NCBI RefSeq assembly: GCF_006345805.1
Contig: NW_021827747.1
Span: 1 to 9,850 of the forward strand
Reading direction: 5' to 3'
From: Octopus sinensis
Taxonomy: Eukaryota
Length of the DNA stretch: 9,850 nt
Numbering within the stretch: the first letter of the stretch is position 1; each line of letters starts with the position of its first letter. Of the stretch, positions 1 to 7,790 are shown one piece after another. A model generated the notes under the pieces. The model was not told the origin of the DNA and ran no database searches. It worked only from the letters and a program-made list of their open reading frames with translations. The translations under genes and the position numbers were made by a program.

Positions 1-24
1 GGGGAAAAAAAGAACACCGAAAGA

Positions 25-92
25 CCACCATCACCATCACCATTACCATTACCATCACCGCCGCCGCCACCGCCACCGTCACCATCACCGCC
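25..92. repeat. Degenerate trinucleotide microsatellite (CAC/CAT/CCG)n
   Basis: Directly visible run ccaccatcaccatcaccattacc...ccgccgccaccgcc. Confidence 0.9.
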
Positions 93-123
<31 letters not shown>

Positions 124-129
124 GATGTA

Positions 130-165
<36 letters not shown>

Positions 166-179
166 TAATAATAATAATG

Positions 180-228
<49 letters not shown>

Positions 229-310
229 TGATGATGATTATAATAATAACAACTAAAATAGTAATGATAATAATAATAATAATAATGATGATGATGGTGA
301 TGATGATGAA
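93..310. repeat. (AAT)n microsatellite grading into (GAT)n
   Basis: Long aataataat run with interspersed aac and gat units. Confidence 0.95.
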
Positions 311-562
311 ATCAAAATAACGAGTGACTTCCTTTCATTGTCTGTCCTCTGCATGGTTGATCAGAGCCGGCCATCCGGTTTCAATTTCTGTTTGCAATCA
401 ATGCACACTTCAGTTATGCGGCTAATGCCATTGTTAAAAGTATGGTGTAGCCAATACGTTCTCATCTTCACTGCTGGTTCTGAAGAATTGGTGGCTGTTT
501 ACTAAACTAAGTAATATAATATGCTTTCTTCGCAACCAGTATAATAAAATAATTTAATCTGT

Positions 563-732
563 GAACGCTTGACCTGCTTGAAATAGAAACCAAATTTTTC
601 CAGTGTTATGCTATATCGTCTTAAAACATGGAAGGACATATCTGAAGATAATGTGGCCGTAGGGCCCCACTATATCAGGAACAAGAGACGGGTGAATCCC
701 AGACAGCATTCCTTTGGTCATAGGTCTACTCG
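563..732 (+). mobile_element. Degraded 3' portion of an interspersed repeat (probable retroposon tail), followed by a CAC/CAA tail
   Basis: gcttgacctgcttgaaatag...aaggacata...gataatgt...cctttggtcataggtctactcgac resembles a common octopus repeat as I recall it (not verifiable here). It ends directly in a trinucleotide run. Confidence 0.4.
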
Positions 733-800
733 ACACCACCACCACACTACCACCACCACCACCCGCCCCTCCACCACTAACAACAACAGCAACACCAATG
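733..800. repeat. (CAC)n/(CAA)n low-complexity tract
   Basis: accaccaccacactaccaccaccacc...caacaacagcaacacc. Confidence 0.85.
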
Positions 801-953
801 TCACTACTGACTGACTTACTATAAGAAAAATATAAAAATATATTTATGAAACAAATCCACAGTGACAGATGTTAGAATTTTGTAAAAACATCCGAGGATT
901 CTTAGCTTACGAAAATTATGTTGGATGTTTTGGTGGTTTCAAAATTTCGGCAG

Positions 954-1074
954 GGAATCGAGTTGTAAAGCCATAATGTTCCAAGGGACTGACAAAATAA
1001 TTGAGCTTACGCATGGAATCGAATTGTAAAGTCTTAATGTTCCAGGGAGTTACAAAATAATTGAGCTTACGCTT
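954..1074 (+). repeat. Two-copy tandem repeat, 61/60-bp unit
   Basis: 954-1014 ggaatcgagttgtaaagccataatgttccaagggactgacaaaataattgagcttacgcat versus 1015-1074 ggaatcgaattgtaaagtcttaatgttccagggagttacaaaataattgagcttacgctt: 6 substitutions and 1 indel. Confidence 0.95.
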
Positions 1075-1082
1075 GGGAGATA

Positions 1083-1192
1083 GAAAGAAAGAAAGAAAGA
1101 AAGACAGACAGACAGACAGATAGGCAGAAGGTTGGATATATAGTTAGAATGAAAAAGAGAGAGAGAGTGAGAGAGCGAGAGAGAGAGAGAGC

Positions 1193-1240
<48 letters not shown>

Positions 1241-1247
1241 GAGAGAG
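1083..1247. repeat. Compound purine microsatellite (GAAA)n(GACA)n...(GA)n
   Basis: Directly visible. Confidence 0.9.
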
Positions 1248-1397
1248 CTACAGATGTTTGGGAATCTCTGCTTCATCTTAAAAGTGTTTGTCAACATTGC
1301 TTCTTGTTGCACAGGAGATAAAAAAAAAGAAAAAAATACGGGTGTATATAGTATGAAATTTTATTTTAAAATCTTGTTTTAAAGTTAAAAATTTAGG

Positions 1398-1478
1398 AAC
1401 ACACACACATACACACCATACACACACACACACACAGACACCACACACGTTCACACACACATACACGCACGCACATAC
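1398..1478. repeat. Imperfect (CA)n microsatellite
   Basis: Directly visible. Confidence 0.9.
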
Positions 1479-1660
1479 ATAGAAGAAACATTTGTTTAAC
1501 TCTGGTTCACTGCCTCTTCTTTCTGTCTTTTCTGTCGCTGTTACAATGGCTTCTACTCGGAGTTTTGCAGTCTCGTATCTTCATCTTTCAGGTCAAACCT
1601 GCGACCTACTCGGCTCTCCGGGTCACGTGTCAATGGTAGGAGGGAGAAAAGTGGTACACT

Positions 1661-1890
1661 CACCAATACCGGTTGTCAAGCGATAGTGGGACACACACAC
1701 ATACACACTGACAAATATATATGTACACAACGGGTTTCTTTCAGTTTCCGTCTACCAAATCCACTCACAACGTTTTGGTTTGTCCAAGGCTGTATTAGAA
1801 GGCACTTGCCCAAGGTGCTCCGCAGTGGGACTGAACTCGGAACCATGTGGTTGGGAAGGAATCTTCTTACCACACAGCCATACCTGCTGC
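1661..1890 (-). mobile_element. tRNA-derived SINE (family 1, CORE-like motif), 3'-truncated
   Basis: Minus strand has A-box-like TGGCTGTGTGG (1870-1880), B-box-like GAGTTCAGTCCC (1827-1838) and CORE-like CCTTGGGCAAGT. It is clearly homologous in-window to 3354-3505 and 3512-3665, and carries an internal (TG)/(TA) tract at ~1690-1727. Confidence 0.88.
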
Positions 1891-1929
1891 ATAGTAAGTT
1901 ATTTGACTTGATGTATTGCGTAAGGTATG

Positions 1930-2125
1930 AGTGTGATTGGCCTTATTTTATGTTTGTCGGTGTATGTAGGGCGTGAATCCTAGTTCAATAAGCGCATGAC
2001 GGGTGCGAATAAGTGGGCCCGAGGGAGTATGTAAACAGTCTTGGAATCGCGATGATTGGATTCCTGAATATGCGTACTCATTGACCTGGTTCTTGCACCT
2101 TCCCCCTTCCCGCCAAATAAATCCT
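1930..2125. promoter_or_regulatory. Candidate CpG-rich promoter-like island (2x NF-Y, GC box, E2F)
   Basis: TGATTGG at 1934-1940 and 2053-2059, GGGCGTG at 1969-1975, TTCCCGCCAAA at 2107-2117. About 10 CpGs between 1950 and 2120. Motif evidence only. Confidence 0.25.
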
Positions 2126-2411
2126 CAGTAGCAGACTAGGTGTGTTTTGATACACAAAGAATAGTTTAGGGTAGTTAGATGAAAGAAAGGTAGAATGAAA
2201 GAGAGCGAGAGACAGATGAAAGAAAGAATGGAAGAAAGAAAGACAAGTATAGAGAAACGAGAAGAGGGGTTGATGGCAGTGGTGGGGATGTTAAGAAATG
2301 AAGTAGATAAATGGAATTCGATAAGAAAAAATAATATTAATTACATCAACCTACACAATAAAGTTCCAAGGTAGGTGTGAAGCTTGCGTTTTTTTTTTTA
2401 ATATCAACATA

Positions 2412-2560
2412 GGTACAGGCAAGGTTGAATGGTTAAGAAGCTCGCTTCGCAGTCATTTCGTTTCGAGTTCAGTTCCACTGCGCGGCATCTTGAGCAATTA
2501 TCTTCTACTACAAACGAGGACCAACCAATGTCTTGTGAATTTTTGGTCGAATGAATCAAT
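2412..2560 (+). mobile_element. Degraded 5' half of family-1 SINE
   Basis: ggttaagaagctcgcttcgcag...gagttcagttccactgcgcggcatcttgagcaattatcttctacta aligns to the reverse complement of 1750-1880 and 3380-3505. Confidence 0.78.
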
Positions 2561-2607
2561 CCCATAATTATATACATACACACGCACACACATATACATA
2601 AATACAG

Positions 2608-2640
<33 letters not shown>

Positions 2641-2739
2641 AAGGAAATGAAGAAAATGCTGACAAATAATTGAAGTAATTTAAGTAATTTAATTAGGTGA
2701 AAGTTCTTTTTACCGGTTGCGCATTTGTTATGCTTATCA

Positions 2740-3030
2740 AAATAATTTAAAATAATTATTACCTTTGAAAGGTTTTTATTCCCATGCTGACCACCTGATA
2801 AGATCGGTATTTTAAATATCGATCTTATTCTTATATATATATATGTATATATCACCGTGATCACCGGGACCGACCAGGTTATCAGATGTTGCTACACATC
2901 GCTGGTCACAATGCGTTTCGCATTGTTTTAGCCTTCAAATGACGCCACCCCGCTGGCTAAGCTAGCAGGCCAATATATATATATATATATATATATAAAC
3001 AAAAAACAAAAGACGAAGACAGGTGGTGTA

Positions 3031-3034
<4 letters not shown>
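2740..3034 (+). repeat. Direct duplication, copy 1 (partner 4525-4861)
   Basis: Near-identical from aaataatttaaaataattattacc to ggtggtgtagaca. Outside the second TA tract the copies differ only by 4 small deletions and 1 substitution in copy 2. Confidence 0.97.
2851..2973 (-). mobile_element. Probable SINE/LINE 3'-tail fragment between two TA tracts
   Basis: GC-richer module atcaccgtgatcacc...gctagcaggccaa with two short stem-loops. It resembles, from recall, the 3' part of an octopus SINE in reverse orientation. Confidence 0.45.
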
Positions 3035-3068
<34 letters not shown>

Positions 3069-3069
<1 letters not shown>

Positions 3070-3289
3070 TTTTATTCTTTTACTTTACTTGTTTCAGTCA
3101 TTTGACTGCAGCCATGCTGGAGCACCGCCTTTAGTCGACAAAATCGACCACAGAACTTGTAAGCCTAGTACTTATTCTATCGAGCTCTTCTGCCTAAACG
3201 TTAAGTTACGGGACGCAAACACACCGACATTGGTTGTCAAGCGATGGTGGGGAGACAAACACAGACACACAAACATATATATATTATAT

Positions 3290-3349
<60 letters not shown>

Positions 3350-3511
3350 TATACGACGGGCTTCTTTCAGTTTCCGTCTACTAAATCCACTGACAAAGCT
3401 TTGGTCAGCTCGAGGCTATAGCAGAAGACACTTGCCCAAAGTGCCACGCAGTGTGACTGAACCCGGACCATGTGGTTAGGAAGTAAGCTTCTTATCACAC
3501 AGCCTCTCCCT
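3069..3511 (-). mobile_element. Full-length family-1 tRNA-derived SINE with internal (TA)n tract
   Basis: Minus strand reads: head aggctgtgtgataagaagc, B-box-like GGGTTCAGTCAC, CORE-like ctttgggcaagtgtc, internal TA tract 3272-3352, 3' half tgacaacc...gatagaataagtact...gcagtcaaatgactgaaacaag, and an A-rich repeated tail (taaag/taaaag). Confidence 0.92.
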
Positions 3512-3665
3512 GGCTTCTTTCAATCTCCGTTTACCAAACCCACGCACAAAACTTTGGTCGACTCGAGGCTATAGTAGAAGACACTAGCCCGAGGTGCCAC
3601 GCTGTGTGACTGAAACCGGAATCTCGTGGTTGTGAAGCAAGCTTCTTACCAAACAACCACAGCCA
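3512..3665 (-). mobile_element. 5' half of family-1 SINE, fused head-to-tail upstream of the full-length copy
   Basis: Minus strand ggtaagaagcttgcttcacaaccacg...tttcagtcacac...gtgtcttctactatagcctcgag...gaaagaagcc runs straight into the next SINE head. Confidence 0.88.
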
Positions 3666-4144
3666 TTTAACTTTACAATTTTTTTTTATAAGGAGCTCAA
3701 AGTTAGCAAGAAAGCTAGACATAGGTAAAAATATAGAAATTTTCATACGGTAAAGTTATATAACAGAATGAGGCGTGAAGAAAACTGTTTAAAAAAATCT
3801 ACAAGAATAACCTAAACAAATATACATCTTGCAAATGGATATAATTCCTTTTGATAGTTAGGATGGAAGAAGAAAGCTTAAAGCATCAAATTTTATATAT
3901 TATATGGCATCGAATTATATGCGTAAAGGCTCAGATTTCAAATATATGCACGCTTGACTTGTGTTTAATCAAATCTAATTTAATAGTAAAAAAAATATTA
4001 GCTATACTATAGTGTTACCCGTCATAGGATGGATAACTTTGGAAGTATACGTTTGCCACCATGGGTGATAATCAGGAAATAAAGCATAAGCATACAGTAA
4101 TTCTATGGTTTTCAAATTTTTTGGTGCGTACACAAAATGATGAC

Positions 4145-4262
4145 ATACATACAGTCATACATGCACACACACAAACACGCGCGCGCATACACACACACAC
4201 ACACACACAACGCATACTTACTAGATGCGTACATACAATGTATATATACACACACATGTATA

Positions 4263-4300
<38 letters not shown>

Positions 4301-4320
4301 ATATATATATATATATATAT
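4145..4320. repeat. Compound (CATA)/(CA)n/(TA)n microsatellite
   Basis: Directly visible. Confidence 0.9.
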
Positions 4321-4524
4321 GTTCCACTGGTGAAGGCAAAGCATTTCTTATCCAAAGTCAGAAATCCGGGATCTGGAATTATCTAGTAATTTTTTGCTAG
4401 TTTATTTTGTCTCTTTGTCTTCTCTCCTAGTTGCTGTATGAACATTTAATGTGGTTTTAGAGTCAAGTTTTGACTGCTATTTCCAGCGTGGAGGTATTTC
4501 TTAGATACCCTAAATTATAATCTT

Positions 4525-4792
4525 AAATAATTTAAAATAATTATTACCTTTGAAAGGTTTTTATTCCCATGCTGACCACCTGATAAGATCGGTATTTTAA
4601 ATATCGATCTATTCTTATATATATATATGTATATATCACCGTGATCACCGGGACCGACCAGGTTATCAGATGTTGCTACATCGCTGGTCACAATGCGTTT
4701 CGCATTGTTTTAGCCTTCAAATATGCCACCCGCTGGCTAAGCTAGCAGGCCAATATATTATATATATATAATATTATATATATATATATATA

Positions 4793-4824
<32 letters not shown>

Positions 4825-4861
4825 AACAAAAAACAAAAGACGAAGACAGGTGGTGTAGACA
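4525..4861 (+). repeat. Direct duplication, copy 2 (partner 2740-3034)
   Basis: Same sequence as copy 1, with a longer, irregular TA tract (about 4754-4823). Includes the second copy of the GC-richer module at 4635-4753. Confidence 0.97.
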
Positions 4862-5427
4862 ACAAACAGTTGTATTAGTTTAACCCTCGGGAAGTGAAAA
4901 AGTCTTTTACATTTCGAGCCTACGCTCTTCCACAGAAAGGAACACAGAAACAAAATCAGAAAGTACAAAAAAGTTAAGAAAAGTTCAAAAGGTTCAAAAG
5001 GTTCAAAAGCTTCGAACGTCGTGGTGTCTTGGAGCGATTTCTCATCAACAGAGGAGTCCAGTGTAATCCAAGGGCAGGAGAGGTGCAACTGAAGTGTATG
5101 AGTATACCAAATTCCTCCCTATTCTTCCTCTTCATTCATATTCTTATTCTTTTCCTTAACAAATCTAGACATTTACCCACTCACATATATCCTTTTTCTT
5201 CACACACATGCTTTCCCTTTTGTTCTCTCACTCTGTGCTTTCCAAGCATTTTTGATCAAGTCTCCTGCGAACTAACATGCGATCCTTTGACGACAATGTA
5301 ACCTTCATTTGACTAAGGTATCTTTGGCCTGATAAGTAGCTAGTTGAATACTCCTCGTTTGAGTAATCACTACTTCCGAGGTTCCGCTAGCTAGGAAACA
5401 TACGTAACCTGGATTTTATCTCCTCAT

Positions 5428-5430
<3 letters not shown>
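4824..5430 (-). mobile_element. (TA)n-flanked ~600-bp segment, probable non-coding Penelope-like-element derivative
   Basis: Complex sequence bounded on both sides by TA tracts. It has no TIRs and no convincing ORF, and carries a ...GAAGAGC-N4-GCTCGAAA-YGT motif typical of PLE termini. The extent is inferred from the TA flanks only. Confidence 0.5.
4902..4943 (-). ncRNA. Degenerate minimal type-I hammerhead ribozyme-like motif
   Basis: Minus strand: CUUU (stem I) | CUGUGGA (versus CUGANGA; A6 replaced by U) | extra A | GAGC-GUAG-GCUC (stem II) | GAAA | U-GUA (minimal stem III, GUA triplet) | AAAG (stem I'). Confidence 0.5.

Positions 5431-5519
<89 letters not shown>
5431..5519. repeat. Perfect (TA)44 microsatellite
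   Basis: Uninterrupted TA run. Confidence 0.97.
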
Positions 5520-5522
<3 letters not shown>

Positions 5523-5640
5523 ATATATGTATGGCATATATACGTGGTGTGTAATATGTTCAATGTCGTGTGAGGTGTCTACCTGACGTTAAGTTCCTTA
5601 TTAGTAGTTGTCCTTAATTCATATATGTATGTATGTTACT

Positions 5641-5892
<252 letters not shown>

Positions 5893-6114
5893 TTTGCTTT
5901 TTGTCTTTCACTTTACAACTCTCCACTTCTTTCTCTCCACACACGGCCCCCCAAACCCCCACACATGCACACCCACACACGCACACACAGACATCAATAT
6001 ATATACATGATATAATATCTGTTCGTCAATTATAAAAGTAAAGAGTTTGTATTGATGAAAGAACTCCACATTTTTATTATTTGCTTTTGGAGGAACTCCA
6101 TGGACATGGGCCAA

Positions 6115-6431
6115 ATATATGTATGTGTATGTGTGTGTTTGTGTGTGTGTGTGTGTGCGTATATATATATAATATATATATATGCATATTTATATATGTA
6201 TAGAGGTGTGTGCGTATGAGTGTATTTGTGCGGGTTTGCGCGTGTATGTGTGTGTTTGTGTGTATTTGTTGTGTTGTACGTATGTGTGTGCGTGTGCGTG
6301 TGGTGTGTGTGTGTGTATATGTGCACTCACATGAGCATTGTATCTTAATGTATTACTGTGTATATGTATGTGTATATTTTGTATACATACATACATACAT
6401 ACATACATACATACATACATACATACATACA

Positions 6432-6463
<32 letters not shown>

Positions 6464-6590
6464 ATGTGTATATATATGTATATATAGGCGAGTGAGATAG
6501 TAAGAGAAATATATAGAGAGAATGAGAGAGTGGGAGAGATAAAGAGAGAGAAGAGGGGGAAAAAGAGAGAATGGCGGAGAGCGAAAAGTG
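6115..6590. repeat. Compound (TG)/(TA), (TACA)~19 (6384-6460) and (GA)-rich tract
   Basis: Directly visible. Confidence 0.9.
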
Positions 6591-6930
6591 TATCTATGTG
6601 TGTGTTGTGTCTCGCTGTGATTTTTTATTTACCATCAGAAAAAAAAAATCAAATAAGATATATAAATAAATATATAGATAAATGATGTAAATAAAAATAA
6701 AGAATAAAAATAATGAATAAAAATGTACCCGTGTATAAATGTATTTATCACACGCACGTGATATCTTGTTTGCAACGCCTAATCTGGCTGTTGATTGTAG
6801 GAGGTTTTTAAAAAGGCATTAATAAATTGGTTGATGTAATCGTGACGTGGGATTTACGTTCCCCCGTTTACCAATATTCTCCTGTCGACATTGGCACCGA
6901 CAATCTGTCAAATGGCCAAATATGCTAAAG

Positions 6931-7008
6931 AATAAAGAAAGAAAGAAAGAAAGAAGGAAAGAGAGAGAGAGAGAGAGAGAAAAAAACAAACAAACAAACA
7001 AACAAACA
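6931..7008. repeat. (GAAA)n(GA)n(AAAC)n compound microsatellite
   Basis: Directly visible. Confidence 0.9.
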
Positions 7009-7074
7009 GAAAGCCGTTAATTCGAGGCTACGAACGACAAACAGGCACACGAATATAAATATGTAGATGAGTAT

Positions 7075-7319
7075 AGTGTGTGTGTGGGTGATATATATAT
7101 ATAATATATATATATATATAAATAGTGCGTTGTGTGTTGTGTGTTGTGTGTACATGTCTGTTTATATATACATATACACATATATTATGTACAAATATTA
7201 TATATATATTGACGTGTATATACAGATACATAAACAACATGCATATATGTATATCTATATATATATATATATAATATATATATATTATATATATATACAT
7301 ATATATGTATATATATATG

Positions 7320-7363
<44 letters not shown>

Positions 7364-7790
7364 GTATGTTAGATATATATATATATATATACAACACCCA
7401 CATATATATATATCTACATCATATATATAATATGTATATATATATATATACATATGTATATATACACACATATATATATACACCTATCTATATACTAAAT
7501 ATGAATATATTTGAATATGTAAGTACATGTATTTTTATGTGTGTATGTGTATGTGTGTGAGTATGTGTGCATGTGTTTGTGTGTGTGTGTGTGTGTGCTT
7601 GCGTGTACACACAGTTATATGATATATGTCAATGCGCTTGCGCACATACATTCAAGTACAGATTTGTGTCTGTGCCTTTGGATTTGTGTATGTGTGTGTT
7701 TGTATGTATGTATGTATGTATGTATGTATGTATGTATGTATGTGTGTGTATGTGTATGTGTGCGTGTATCTGTGCATGAGTATTTTAGTA
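7075..7790. repeat. Long degenerate (TA)n/(TG)n/(TGTA)n low-complexity block
   Basis: Directly visible; includes (TGTA)~10 at 7701-7742. Confidence 0.9.

Noticed and set aside
358-500. Short minus-strand frame ...MRTYWLHHTFNNGISRITEVCIDCKQKLKPDGRL* with a CxxC motif
   Set aside because: It is under 50 codons between stops, has a single CxxC and no recognisable domain.
480-648. Exact CTGAAGA hammerhead core boxes at 480-486 and 642-648 (also 9082-9088)
   Set aside because: None is followed by a stem II hairpin and GAAA.
954-1074. CRISPR-like or other repeat-spacer array
   Set aside because: The units are contiguous with no unique spacers, there are only two copies, and the context is eukaryotic.
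1676-3746. ORFs 1676-1873, 1686-1976, 3089-3301, 3234-3479 and 3531-3746 with similar peptides (e.g. FSFRLPNPLT / FSFRLLNPLT)
   Set aside because: The similarity comes from shared SINE sequence, not from a paralogous gene family.
4431-4493. 63-nt candidate exon (strong polypyrimidine tract plus TAG acceptor, GAG|GTATTT donor)
   Set aside because: All three frames contain stops, and the 3' part weakly resembles the reverse complement of the repeat at ~570-600. A non-coding exon cannot be excluded but is unsupported.
2740-4861. LTR element, TRIM or LTR-retrozyme interpretation of the ~300-bp direct repeats
   Set aside because: There is no TG start, primer-binding site, polypurine tract or flanking target duplication. 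The hammerhead motif lies outside the repeated unit, and the interior is ordinary SINE and microsatellite DNA.
5028-5051. Second hammerhead-like string on the minus strand (ctgttgatgagaaatcgctccaag, 15/24 to the first)
   Set aside because: It lacks the GAAA core, has only a 3-bp stem II and no stem I or III; it is not supportable.
5029-5301. 90-aa ORF as a possible Penelope GIY-YIG or RT remnant
   Set aside because: No GIY/YIG or RT motifs are present, it is antisense to the hammerhead motif, and its composition reflects a pyrimidine-rich tract.
7019-7032. ttcgaggctacg, 11/12 identical to the hammerhead stem II region (ttcgagcctacg)
   Set aside because: The match is too short and the flanks do not align; likely chance.
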